Part shown: positions 36,465 through 45,597 of the stretch, piece by piece | Layout: each line of letters begins with the position of its first letter | Numbering within the stretch: the stretch's first letter is position 1 | Program-made: the position numbers and the translations under genes | NCBI GenBank assembly: GCA_003252395.1 | Contig: QKEL01000013.1 | Span: 125,698 to 189,697, forward strand | Length of the DNA: 64,000 bases | Source of the DNA: Spirochaetales bacterium | GTDB taxonomy: Bacteria > Spirochaetota > Spirochaetia > Treponematales > Treponemataceae | Direction: 5' to 3' | The notes under the pieces: generated by a model | What the model was told of the DNA's origin: nothing | Seen by the model: only the letters and a program-made list of their open reading frames with translations | Database searches by the model: none

Positions 36465-38123
36465 TTAGCCCCGGCGGAGGTTGGTATGGGTGTAGGCGAG
36501 GGCGTCCAATTCAGGAAGCGCCTTCGAAAAGAGCCACCCCTGGACCCGGTCGCACTGCTGGAGCGCGAGATATTCGAACTGAGCCTCGTTTTCCACCCCT
36601 TCGGCTATTACCTCAAGGCCCAGTTTCTTTCCGATTCTGACGATATTGCCCGTTATGGTGCCGTCTTGATTCGCCTCATGAATGCCATCAATAAAGATCT
36701 TGTCGATCTTAAGCACCGAGATGGGAAGCTGATGCAGGTAGCTCAGGGATGAATACCCCTTACCGAAGTCGTCCAGGGCAATGCCGATTCCCAGTTCCCG
36801 CAGTTCATCGAGTTGGTTTCCGATTATCTGCCATGATTCCATGAGTATCGATTCGGTCAGTTCCAGCTCCAGCTTATTGGCGGGAATGCCGGTCTCCCCC
36901 AATATCTTGCGAATCATCGGCACGAAATCGTTTTGCAAGAGTTGAAGCATGGAAATGTTCACCGACATGATAATTTCGGTATAGCCGTCGGTATGGAGTT
37001 TCTTCAGGAATTTACAGGCGTTCCAGAGCACCCACTCCCCAATCGGTATGATCATGTGGGTTTCTTCCGCCACCGAAATGAACCGATCCGGCGAAACATT
37101 GCCGAGTACCGGGCTATTCCACCGAATCAGGGCCTCAAAGCTGACGACCTTCCGGGTCGAGACGGCGATCTGCGGTTGGTAATGGACGGACAGCTCGTTG
37201 TTCATGAGGGCGCCATGCAGGAATTCGCCGATATTCATCCGGTCCTTGATGCTACCCATCATGTCCGCCGAGAAAAGCCTCGACCGGTTCTTGCCGTCCT
37301 GCTTGGAACGGAACATGGCGATATCGGCGAATTTAAGGAGCTCGTGAGGGTCAGTGCCGTGGAGCGGGTACATGGCGATCCCGACGCTGATGCTGGAATG
37401 GATGTTGGTCTTTTCGATGGAGAGCGGTTCCTCAAAAAGGGCGAGTATCAAATTGGCCTTTGCCGTGAGCTCGGGAACCGAGGTAAAGGCGGTCAGGATG
37501 ACGAATTCATCGCCGTCGAGCCGGTAAATTTCGTCGGGCGTTCTCAGCGATGAGGAAAGCCTCCTGGCGATTGCGGTCAGGAGCGCGTCGCCGAAAAGGT
37601 GCCCCATGGTATCGTTGATCAGTTTGATATTGTCAACGTCGATGTATAAAAGGGCCTTTTCGCGGTTGGTCGAGTCGTTAAGAAAGAGGGGAAGCCGCTC
37701 CATCAGCTTTCTCCGGTTTGAAAGGCCGGTGAGCAGGTCTAAGTACAGCATAACCTTTAGCTCGTTCCGGCTTTCCCGAATTACCTGTTCGTTGTCGCTG
37801 AGTTTGTGAAGCACGGGAGCGACCAGGAAAAAAATGATCGTCGCGCTGATTATCACGAAGGCGGTGCCCTTAAATATGTTTATCCATTTCAGTAAAAAGG
37901 GATCCGAGAAAATCCACTGGACGAGCAGGTCGCTCCCCCATATCCAAATCAGGCTAAACACCAAATATATAACCGTTATGCGAAGGGCCAATGTCCAAGT
38001 CGGCTTTCTGTCGTTTACGACTATGAACTTTGGCTGAAGATCCTCATTGCTCATGTAATTCAGTATACCATATGGGGCGTAAAACTGCCCGACCCAAGCG
38101 CGCGTATTGACGGTTTTTTTCAT
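36465..38123 (-). CDS. Membrane-anchored degenerate-GGDEF (DGDEF)/EAL c-di-GMP phosphodiesterase
   Basis: Two TM helices; RTPD-x5-DGDEF; intact EAL motifs (FEALIRW, ELTES, DDFGKGYSS, KIDK, EGVE, QGW). The start could be 38054 instead. Confidence 0.88.
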   Translation of the reverse strand: MKKTVNTRAWVGQFYAPYGILNYMSNEDLQPKFIVVNDRKPTWTLALRITVIYLVFSLIWIWGSDLLVQWIFSDPFLLKWINIFKGTAFVIISATIIFFLVAPVLHKLSDNEQVIRESRNELKVMLYLDLLTGLSNRRKLMERLPLFLNDSTNREKALLYIDVDNIKLINDTMGHLFGDALLTAIARRLSSSLRTPDEIYRLDGDEFVILTAFTSVPELTAKANLILALFEEPLSIEKTNIHSSISVGIAMYPLHGTDPHELLKFADIAMFRSKQDGKNRSRLFSADMMGSIKDRMNIGEFLHGALMNNELSVHYQPQIAVSTRKVVSFEALIRWNSPVLGNVSPDRFISVAEETHMIIPIGEWVLWNACKFLKKLHTDGYTEIIMSVNISMLQLLQNDFVPMIRKILGETGIPANKLELELTESILMESWQIIGNQLDELRELGIGIALDDFGKGYSSLSYLHQLPISVLKIDKIFIDGIHEANQDGTITGNIVRIGKKLGLEVIAEGVENEAQFEYLALQQCDRVQGWLFSKALPELDALAYTHTNLRRG

Positions 38124-38190
38124 TTAGGGTATACCTATGGTTCCTGTGCAAACATGAATTTATGGGCGAATGTACCCAGGAGGATATACA

Positions 38191-38439
38191 GTGAGCGTTA
38201 AAATCAGACTTAAGAAGTTCGGAAGCAAGGCACGTCCTTACTATCGCATCGTCGTTCAGGACGTCCGTGAGCCCCGCGACGGGCGCACCATCGATGAGCT
38301 TGGCATCTATCATCCCATCGAGGCTGAAGACAAGCAGGTGTCCTTCGACGCGGACAAGGTTCGCAGCTGGCTCGACAAGGGCGCCCAGCCCACCGACACC
38401 GTCAAGAGCATTCTGAACCGAAACAAGTTCACCCTCTAA
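38191..38439 (+). CDS. rpsP: 30S ribosomal protein S16
   Basis: GTG start after AGGAGG; VKIRLKKFGSKARPYYRIVVQDVREPRDG. Confidence 0.97.
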   Translation: MSVKIRLKKFGSKARPYYRIVVQDVREPRDGRTIDELGIYHPIEAEDKQVSFDADKVRSWLDKGAQPTDTVKSILNRNKFTL

Positions 38440-38460
38440 TTCGGGGGAAAGGCACCGATC

Positions 38461-38694
38461 GTGGAAAAAGATTTGGTTGAATACATGGCTAAATCCCTGG
38501 TAGACGACCCCGGTGCGGTTGCGGTCAGTGAGGTAGAGGGGGAGAAATCCACCATCCTCGAGCTCCGTGTCGCCCCTGAGGATATCGGGAAGGTAATCGG
38601 GAAGTACGGACGCATCGCGAAGGCCATGCGGACGGTCTTGAGCGCCTCGTCCGGAAAGTCCGGAAAAAGGGTTACCCTGGAAATCCTCGATTGA
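38461..38694 (+). CDS. khpA: KH-domain RNA-binding protein
   Basis: LRVAPEDIGKVIGKYGRIAKAMRTV; canonical position after rpsP. Confidence 0.9.
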   Translation: MEKDLVEYMAKSLVDDPGAVAVSEVEGEKSTILELRVAPEDIGKVIGKYGRIAKAMRTVLSASSGKSGKRVTLEILD

Positions 38695-39230
38695 TGGATT
38701 TGCTGGTTACCGGGTATATCCGTTCATCCCACGGGTTGGACGGTTTCGTTAAGGTGGAAAGCGCTTCCGGCGAGGTAGCGCATTTTGCCGAACTGGAGGA
38801 GATTTCGCTCCGTCCGAAAGGATCTGAAGGTCCCGTCAAACGGTACGAAATCGAGGCTGTCGAGGGTTCCTCGGCGCTTTTACTTCTAAAATTAAAGGGT
38901 ATCGACACGCCAGAGGCCGCCAAGGCGCTCTCCGGCATGGAATTGTTGGTGCCCCGCGACCAAGCTTGTCCCCTTGAAGAGGACGAGTGGTATGTCGATG
39001 ATCTTTGTCAGTGCAATCTTGTATACCAAGGAAATCCAATCGGCAAAATCGCCGGTGTAATGGAAGGCGGAGCGGGTGACCTACTCGAGGTTACTCTCTT
39101 CGAGGGCTCGAATCCGGATTTATCCGGAGGAAAAACGCGTCTTATTCCGATGCAAAAAGAATTCATCGGAAAGGTCGATCTTTCGTCCAAGACCGTTGAG
39201 CTGATGCACCGCTGGATTCTGGAGCAGTGA
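38694..39230 (+). CDS. rimM: 16S rRNA processing protein RimM
   Basis: GYIRSSHGLDGFVKV, EWYVDDL and LIPMQKEFI; operon context. Confidence 0.95.
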   Translation: MDLLVTGYIRSSHGLDGFVKVESASGEVAHFAELEEISLRPKGSEGPVKRYEIEAVEGSSALLLLKLKGIDTPEAAKALSGMELLVPRDQACPLEEDEWYVDDLCQCNLVYQGNPIGKIAGVMEGGAGDLLEVTLFEGSNPDLSGGKTRLIPMQKEFIGKVDLSSKTVELMHRWILEQ

Positions 39231-39234
39231 CTCC

Positions 39235-40083
39235 ATGCAATTCCATGTGCTGACCTTGTTTCCCGAAATACCGAGGGCCTTTTTCGAAAGTTCGATTATG
39301 GCCAAGGCGGTTGATCGGGGAATTATCGCCTACACCCTGGTGAATATCCGGGATTTCGCGTATGACAGGCATAAAACCTGCGACGATAAGCCTTACGGCG
39401 GCGTGCTCGGCGGAAAGGTTCCCGGTATGCTTATGCTGCCGGAGCCCCTGTCCCTGGCCCTAGAATCGGTCGGCGTCGTTCCTAAAAACGGGAATGCCGC
39501 CGCGGATTCGGGCGAAACGGGGCGCGACGAGGCCTTGACGGCGCGCGCTGAAGGGCGGGCTCGAAAGAGGGTCATTTACGTGACCCCCTCCGGCAAGCCC
39601 CTGACGCAACGACTCGCGGGCGAACTGGCTCGGGAATCCGAGCTGGTTTTCGTCTGCGGCCGCTACGAAGGCATCGATCAGCGCGTTATCGATACCTACG
39701 TCGACGACGAGATTTCCATCGGAGACTACGTTATGTCTTCCGGCGAGCTCGCGGCGACGGTAATAATCGATACGGTTTATCGCCTGATCGACGGGGTCAT
39801 TTCCCGGGAATCCCTGGAGGAGGAAAGTTTCTCCGACGGGCTTCTGGAATACCCGCAGTATACGAGACCTGAGATATTTCGGGGCATGAGCGTCCCGGAG
39901 GTGCTCCTTTCGGGGCACCATGAATTGATTCGCCGTTGGCGTCTGCGGAAACGCGTCGAGAAGACGTTGGCGGTACGGCCCGACCTTCTGGAGAAGGCCC
40001 GGGCTTCCGGCTCCCTGTCCAAGGAGACGGAGAAGACTTTGAAGGAGATCGAAAATGAGCATGGATCTAATCCGCACGATTGA
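39235..40083 (+). CDS. trmD: tRNA (guanine-N1)-methyltransferase
   Basis: [32 protein letters not shown] and [10 protein letters not shown]. Confidence 0.96.
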   Translation: MQFHVLTLFPEIPRAFFESSIMAKAVDRGIIAYTLVNIRDFAYDRHKTCDDKPYGGVLGGKVPGMLMLPEPLSLALESVGVVPKNGNAAADSGETGRDEALTARAEGRARKRVIYVTPSGKPLTQRLAGELARESELVFVCGRYEGIDQRVIDTYVDDEISIGDYVMSSGELAATVIIDTVYRLIDGVISRESLEEESFSDGLLEYPQYTRPEIFRGMSVPEVLLSGHHELIRRWRLRKRVEKTLAVRPDLLEKARASGSLSKETEKTLKEIENEHGSNPHD

Positions 40084-40420
40084 AGAAACCCAGAAGAAAG
40101 CCGAAGTGCCCGCGTTCAAGGTTGGCGACACCGTTAAGGTTCACTTCCGCATCGTTGAAGGCAAAACCGAACGCATTCAGATATACGAAGGCTTGGTCAT
40201 TTGCTTCAAGAATTCCGGAATCGGCAAGACCTTCACCGTACGCAAGAATTCCTACGGCGTGGGCGTGGAACGCGTGTTCCCCCTTCACTCGCCGCGCATC
40301 GCCGACGTTGAGCTCGTCCGCCCCGGTAAGGTTCGCCGGGCGAAACTCTACTACATCCGCGAGAAGATCGGTAAGGCCGCGAAGATCAAGACCCTTATCG
40401 TCAAGAATCAGGACAAATAA
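40055..40420 (+). CDS. rplS: 50S ribosomal protein L19
   Basis: [32 protein letters not shown] and [10 protein letters not shown]. Confidence 0.97.
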   Translation: MSMDLIRTIEETQKKAEVPAFKVGDTVKVHFRIVEGKTERIQIYEGLVICFKNSGIGKTFTVRKNSYGVGVERVFPLHSPRIADVELVRPGKVRRAKLYYIREKIGKAAKIKTLIVKNQDK

Positions 40421-40429
40421 GCGACGACG

Positions 40430-40456
40430 AACCGGACCCCAGGGTCCGGTTTTTTT
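40430..40456 (+). terminator. Rho-independent terminator after rplS
   Basis: AACCGGACC-CCAG-GGTCCGGTT followed by a T-run. Confidence 0.85.
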
Positions 40457-41407
40457 ATGATACGTGCCGATAATCATGACATGCTGTATATCGACCGCAC
40501 CGGGCAGGACCGCCTTTTTAGGCTGGCTCGCGAGGGAAGCGTTCATGACGTTCGGGTCATAGCCCGCCTCGAGGGCGATCGGGCCCGGATTAGCGTGGAC
40601 GGGAAGCCCTTTATCGCCCGGCTTCCCGCGACCTTCGCCGAAGCAAACGTTTTTAAGGCCGTGATTATCCGGGAGCGCGGCATTCTTACCCTTATGCCCC
40701 AGGGGCCGATCCTATCCGGCGCCGTCGGCGAACCGGGGGAAAACCCGGCTCCGGTTTTATCGGATCCACTCCATCTGGCCGGCAGGTTGGCCCTCCCCCC
40801 ATTGCCCGCCTATCTTTCCCTCATCGCTTTTTATTCCGCACTCGGAAGCAGGTTGGACGCCGCAAAGATACGGAAACTGGCCCTTATCGCGACCCGCTTC
40901 GAGGGGCGTGAGGAAGACGCGGCCGAAGCCGCCGCCATGCTCGATCGGCAGGGCGTGGAGCCGGACGAATCGAGCGTGGAAACCCTGCTTTCGATTCTCC
41001 GCGGCGAAGGCGGCGGCGGGGACGGCAGGCCGGACGACGGTCAGTCCGATTTCCTCGATTCGCTGAACGGCCCCGCTTCGCCTTTCCGATGGGTAATCGT
41101 TCCCTTTCAAAGGGCATCCGGAGCCGGCTATGCGGGATCGTTGCGGTTTCTTCTCGACGCCGAAAGCGGCATGGTAAGCGGCATGAGAATAGGCGCGATT
41201 ATCGACGGAATTTCCGTCCGGTGCGAGTTAAGCGGCGAAAGTCCCTCATTTTCGGTAAATCCGAGAATCCCCGCTGTTATTTTGGAGCAAACTGAGGTAT
41301 ATTTTAAAGGCGTTTTGGCCGCGGCCGGAATTGGCGCGCGAGGCGCGGATCGTCGCTCGCCTGTTTCCCGCGCGCGTGCCGCGCCTCCGTTGGACGTGCG
41401 GGCATGA
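40457..41407 (+). CDS. Hypothetical protein, YlqG/FliK-like by context
   Basis: N-terminal beta module (VIARLEGDRARISVDGKPFIARL) and a C-terminal alpha/beta region; overlaps the FlhB-C gene. The true start may be 40481. Confidence 0.55.
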   Translation: MIRADNHDMLYIDRTGQDRLFRLAREGSVHDVRVIARLEGDRARISVDGKPFIARLPATFAEANVFKAVIIRERGILTLMPQGPILSGAVGEPGENPAPVLSDPLHLAGRLALPPLPAYLSLIAFYSALGSRLDAAKIRKLALIATRFEGREEDAAEAAAMLDRQGVEPDESSVETLLSILRGEGGGGDGRPDDGQSDFLDSLNGPASPFRWVIVPFQRASGAGYAGSLRFLLDAESGMVSGMRIGAIIDGISVRCELSGESPSFSVNPRIPAVILEQTEVYFKGVLAAAGIGARGADRRSPVSRARAAPPLDVRA

Positions 41408-41676
41408 ACGCGACGAAGAGGGCGGTAGCCTTGGCTTGGTCGCGGGAACATCCCGCGCCGTACGTTTTGGCCGCCGGAAGCGGTTATATCGCCGCATCCA
41501 TGTTGCGGCAAGCCGAATACCACGCGGTCCCGGTCGTGCGCGATTCCGCGTTGGCGGACATACTCGCCGGGATTCCGCCGGGAGCCTATATTCCCGAGCG
41601 TACCTGGAAGGCCGTCGCCGCGGTGTTTGCGTTCCTTGACGGAATTTCGGAAAAACGATTATTTACAGAACGTTGA
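41404..41676 (+). CDS. Stand-alone FlhB/EscU C-terminal-like protein (YlqH/FlhX type)
   Basis: RAVALAW..APYVLAAGSGYIAASM..AEYHAVPVVRDSALADIL..IPERTWKAVAAVFAFL. Confidence 0.82.
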   Translation: MNATKRAVALAWSREHPAPYVLAAGSGYIAASMLRQAEYHAVPVVRDSALADILAGIPPGAYIPERTWKAVAAVFAFLDGISEKRLFTER

Positions 41677-41692
41677 ATCGAGGGTTGAATGA

Positions 41693-43012
41693 ATGCTTAA
41701 AAAAATCAACAGGAGCGATCTTCGCGAGGGTATGCGGTTTTCCGCGCCCGTTTTCTTCGATGACGGGGAGAGTATGCTGGTCAGTCAGGGCGTTCCCTTT
41801 AAGTCCCGGGAACTGTCTGCCCTGGATCGATGGAAGATATCGTACGTCTTGACCGCCGGTCGCGAGATCAGCGCCGACGAGGCGGCGATGCTCGAGAAAG
41901 CGGCAAAAAAGAACCAAAACGCCCCGGCCGACGAGTTGGAAGCCCTGGAAGAGATAGACGATGCCGAGGAACTGGACGCCATGGAAGAATTGGACGAGGC
42001 GGATTCCGATGACGGCGTCAACGGCTCTCCCCTGGCGGAAAAGGCGACCCTGGACAAACTGCAGTATACTTCCGAGCAAATCCTCAAGCTGCCCGAGGTT
42101 CTTGAGCATAATGAACTGTACGCGAAGTATTATTCCCTGATCGAGGACCTCGACGGAATCTTTAACTCTATCCAGCGGCGAGACGAGGTCCGTACCCGCT
42201 CGATCGACCGAATCGTGAGCGAATTGTTCGTTTTGATCCAAACCGAGCGGTCCGACGTGGTGGGTTTCATCCTGGGCGGCGACGTTCGGGACAAGCAGCG
42301 CGCGAAATGCGCCGTCAACACCGGCATTCTTTCCATCATCATCGGCGAACATCTCGGGCTGCCCCGCCACCGGCTTCTGCAGATAGCCACGGGAGCCTTA
42401 TTGCACGACATCGGAATGATCAAGGTTCCCGCTTCCATCATCAACAAGGAAGGGAAACTGGACGACAACGAACTGCAGATCATCAGGAGCCACACGTCCT
42501 ATGGCTACAAGTTGATCGTGAACGAGCTCCTCTACGCGGACGAGGTCGGCAAGGCGGCAATGCAACACCATGAGCGCTGGGACGGGGAGGGGTACCCCGG
42601 CCGCCTTTCGGGCGACCGCATAGATATCGGCGCCCGCATTATCTCCGTGGCGGACGCGTTCGAGGCCATGGTCTCTCCCAAGGCGTACCGCGATTCCATG
42701 GTAGGCTATCAGGCCATGAAAAACCTGCTTTCGGACAACGCCCGCCGCTTCGACCCGGACATTATTCGCGCCATGATCCAGAGCATGGGAATATATCCCG
42801 TCGGTTCCATCGTGCTGATGAATAATTCCGTGATAGCCCGGGTCATCGAGAGCCATCAGGACGCTCCCTTACGGCCGGTTATTCGCGTCTTGATCGACGA
42901 ATTCGGCAATCCTTATACAATGAACGAGGGCGATACGATAGACCTCCTGGAAAACCGAAATCTCTTCATCGCCCGGGCGATCGATCCGGCGGAGTACCAA
43001 AAGGAACCGTGA
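41693..43012 (+). CDS. HD-GYP c-di-GMP phosphodiesterase-family protein
   Basis: LLHDIGM, HHERWDGEGYPGRL and VADAFEAM; acidic N-terminal linker (ELEALEEIDDAEELDAMEELDE). Confidence 0.9.
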   Translation: MLKKINRSDLREGMRFSAPVFFDDGESMLVSQGVPFKSRELSALDRWKISYVLTAGREISADEAAMLEKAAKKNQNAPADELEALEEIDDAEELDAMEELDEADSDDGVNGSPLAEKATLDKLQYTSEQILKLPEVLEHNELYAKYYSLIEDLDGIFNSIQRRDEVRTRSIDRIVSELFVLIQTERSDVVGFILGGDVRDKQRAKCAVNTGILSIIIGEHLGLPRHRLLQIATGALLHDIGMIKVPASIINKEGKLDDNELQIIRSHTSYGYKLIVNELLYADEVGKAAMQHHERWDGEGYPGRLSGDRIDIGARIISVADAFEAMVSPKAYRDSMVGYQAMKNLLSDNARRFDPDIIRAMIQSMGIYPVGSIVLMNNSVIARVIESHQDAPLRPVIRVLIDEFGNPYTMNEGDTIDLLENRNLFIARAIDPAEYQKEP

Positions 43013-43380
43013 GCACTCGGGTCGGTCAGGCCGGCGAAGCCCAAGTCGCGGAACGGCTTTCCGCCTCCGGTTGGTCAGTTTTGGAACGGAACTGGAGGAC
43101 ACGCAGGGGCGAAATCGATATAATAGCCATTGACGGCGATACGATCGTCTTTGTCGAGGTTAAAACCTGGCCGCGGGGATCCCTGAGCGATCTGGAACTG
43201 TCAGTGGGCCCGGTAAAACAAAAAAGAATCATGGAAACGGCTAAATGTTTCCTGGCCACGCATCGAAAATATAATGGTATGTATGTCCGGTTCGACGTGA
43301 TTTTCGTGAGTTCCGATCCCCTCGCGGGCGGTTCGCTCAAGTTCCGTCACCTAAAAGATGCCATTTCGGAGCGTGTATGA
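43009..43380 (+). CDS. yraN: YraN/UPF0102 family protein
   Basis: GEAQVAERL, ERNWRTRRGEIDIIA, IVFVEVK and VRFDVIFV. Confidence 0.9.
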   Translation: MSTRVGQAGEAQVAERLSASGWSVLERNWRTRRGEIDIIAIDGDTIVFVEVKTWPRGSLSDLELSVGPVKQKRIMETAKCFLATHRKYNGMYVRFDVIFVSSDPLAGGSLKFRHLKDAISERV

Positions 43381-43538
43381 TTAGCAAGACAAAGACCGCC
43401 ATCAGCCCCCGTATCCTTGAGTTGAAGGAAAAAATCAAGGATGAACGCTACGTGCAGGGAGCGATTCAGCGGATCGCGCTCGTTTTGAGCAATAAACTGA
43501 TCGAGGTGAAGGATAACGGCAATGAGCGACAATACTGA
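43377..43538 (+). CDS. Small protein (53 aa) below the ORF-track cutoff; FlgM C-terminal-like
   Basis: MISKTKTAISPRILELKEKIKDERYVQGAIQRIALVLSNKLIEVKDNGNERQY. It has an ATGA overlap with yraN, overlaps the next start and fills the gap exactly. Confidence 0.7.
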   Translation: MISKTKTAISPRILELKEKIKDERYVQGAIQRIALVLSNKLIEVKDNGNERQY

Positions 43539-44175
43539 GGGAAGACCGAGAAGGGATAGAGGCCGCAGGAGGCGAGGCGGGAGCGGCCGTTCGGGAAGCC
43601 CCAAGCCCGAAACGATCGATAACCGCGAGCAGCCGCCCAAGCGAGAGGCTTTCGGCCGCCGCGAGGGCCAGTCCCGGAGGGAGGGTCGCCGCGACGCGAA
43701 GTCCCGTCAGGAGAACTCCGGCCGAAGGGAAGGACGCGGAAGGGGCGAGGCTGCCTCGCGCGCCGGCGCGCCCGCGCGGCCCGACGCGGTGGCGGCAAAG
43801 GATTTCCCCAAACAGGTACCGGCCAGGAGGGAACGGCGCTATGAGCCCGAAGCGGCGCCGCCTCCCGTCCTACCGAACCATGTCTGTCCCCGCTGCGGGG
43901 AGCCGATTCAGGACATAACCTCGGCTTTGACGGACCGCGAATCCGGCACGCCGATCCATTTCGATTGCGCCGTTCGCTTTCTCGAGGGCGCCGAAAGCGT
44001 GAGCGAAAAGCAGAAAATCGTGTACATCGGCCAGGGCCGCTTCGCCGTAATGGAATTCGAGATTCCCGGCGATACCAAGAAATTCCATATCATTCGGACC
44101 ATCGAATGGGAAAGCCGTGAGCATCGGGCCGAATGGCGCGCGGACATTGCGGGGCAATTCAGTCAGGTGCGATAA
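43522..44175 (+). CDS. Hypothetical protein: R/G-rich disordered N-terminus plus C-x2-C-x20-H-x2-C zinc finger
   Basis: RGRRRRGGSGRSG... followed by CPRC...HFDC. Confidence 0.7.
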   Translation: MSDNTEGRPRRDRGRRRRGGSGRSGSPKPETIDNREQPPKREAFGRREGQSRREGRRDAKSRQENSGRREGRGRGEAASRAGAPARPDAVAAKDFPKQVPARRERRYEPEAAPPPVLPNHVCPRCGEPIQDITSALTDRESGTPIHFDCAVRFLEGAESVSEKQKIVYIGQGRFAVMEFEIPGDTKKFHIIRTIEWESREHRAEWRADIAGQFSQVR

Positions 44176-44202
44176 AGGTCCCTGAAATGCGCCTTCGCAA
44201 TG

Positions 44203-44239
44203 AAAAAAAGGCTGCCGGGTTACCCCAGGCAGCCTATTT
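44203..44239. terminator. Bidirectional terminator between the rplS-downstream cluster and serS
   Basis: A7-GGCTGCC-GGGTTACCCCA-GGCAGCCT-ATTT. Confidence 0.75.
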
Positions 44240-44284
44240 CGTTTTTAAACCGCCGCGGCGGTTCGTCGGTCGCGCTTGAGGCCG

Positions 44285-45562
44285 TTAGCCCCGCGCGGGT
44301 ATCGTGTCGAACCCGCAGATGGGCACGAGGACGTCGGGAACCTTGATGGAACCGTCGGCCTGCTGGTAATTCTCGAGTACCGCGACGAGGGCCCGGGATA
44401 TGGCGATCGCTGTGCCGTTGAGCATGTGCACGTAGCGGTTCTTGCCGTCGTCGTCCTTGTACCGCACGTTAAGGCGGCGGGACTGGAAGTCTGTGCAGTT
44501 CGAGGTGGAGGTTACCTCTCCCCATTCGCCTCCGTTTCTTCCGGGCATCCAGGCTTCAAGGTCCCACTTCCGGTAGGCCGGGGCGCCGAGGTCTCCGGTG
44601 CAAGTGTCTACCACGCGGAACGGAATGCCGAGACCGGAGAAAATTTCCTCCTCGATCTTGCGGAGGTCCGCGTGGATCCGATCGGAATCCTCGGGCAGGC
44701 AGTACACGAACATTTCGAGCTTGGTGAACTGGTGCACGCGGTACAGGCCCTTGGAGAATTGCCCCGAAGCGCCGGCTTCCCGGCGGAAACAATGGGAAAT
44801 GCCGCAGTATTTTAACGGAAGCTTTTCTTTCGAGAGGATTTCGTCCTTATGGTAGCCGCCGAGGGTTATCTCCGCGGTGGCGACGAGACAGGTGCCTTCT
44901 TCCTCGATGGTATAGATATTTGACTCGGCGCCCCGGGGATTGAACCCGATGCCGTAGAGAATTTCCTCTTTCGCCACGTCGGGGGTAATGAAGGGAGTGA
45001 AGCCGTGCTTGCGCAGCACGTTCAGGCCGTACATGACGAGGGCCTGCTCGAGGAAGACCGCCTCGTTCTTGAGGTAATAGAACTTCGTGCCCGAAACCTT
45101 GGTGCCCGCCTCGAAATCGAGGAGGTCAAGGGCCTCGCCCAGCTGTACGTGGTCCTTGGGCTCGAAGGGGAATTTCGTGGGCTCGCCGAACCGGGCGACC
45201 TCGGTATTGTCCTTGTCTTCCTTGCCCACCGGCGCTTCGGGATGCGCCATGTTCGGGATCTGGCGGCCGGCGGTTTCGAGATCGGCCTCCGCCTGGGCCA
45301 ATTCCGCCTCGGACCTCGCGATGTCTTCCTTGATGGACTTGCCTTCATCGATGAGCCGCTTGCGCTCGTCGTCGGAAAGCTTGCCCTTCATGGCCTTCGC
45401 GTTGTCGTTTCGCTTGGTTTGAAGGAGCTGGAGGGAGGTGACGAGGGCGGTTCGCCGGTCGAAAAGGTCGACGACGGTATCCGCGTCGGCCTTCATGTTG
45501 CGGGCGGCGATGTTCGCCTTGACGGCATCTAGGTTTTCTTTGATGAATCGGTAGTCCAACAT
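44285..45562 (-). CDS. serS: Serine--tRNA ligase
   Basis: MLDYRFIKEN, LVATAE, CFRREAG, GLYRVHQFTK, EVTSTSNCTDFQSRR and HMLNGTAIA. Confidence 0.97.
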   Translation of the reverse strand: MLDYRFIKENLDAVKANIAARNMKADADTVVDLFDRRTALVTSLQLLQTKRNDNAKAMKGKLSDDERKRLIDEGKSIKEDIARSEAELAQAEADLETAGRQIPNMAHPEAPVGKEDKDNTEVARFGEPTKFPFEPKDHVQLGEALDLLDFEAGTKVSGTKFYYLKNEAVFLEQALVMYGLNVLRKHGFTPFITPDVAKEEILYGIGFNPRGAESNIYTIEEEGTCLVATAEITLGGYHKDEILSKEKLPLKYCGISHCFRREAGASGQFSKGLYRVHQFTKLEMFVYCLPEDSDRIHADLRKIEEEIFSGLGIPFRVVDTCTGDLGAPAYRKWDLEAWMPGRNGGEWGEVTSTSNCTDFQSRRLNVRYKDDDGKNRYVHMLNGTAIAISRALVAVLENYQQADGSIKVPDVLVPICGFDTIPARG

Positions 45563-45597
45563 AATGGGACCATACTATCCCTTCGGGCGCGCGGTGT

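Noticed and set aside
40466-40473. Perfect sigma28 -10 box GCCGATAA just upstream of the FliK-like gene
   Set aside because: There is no TAAA -35 at the right spacing, and the same 8-mer occurs on the - strand at 13659-13666 with no flagellar context. It is suggestive only and needs TSS data.
44248-44263. Perfect 16-bp palindrome AACCGCCGCGGCGGTT
   Set aside because: It lies just after the serS stop next to the terminator and is most simply an additional 3' hairpin; there is no evidence for a separate function.
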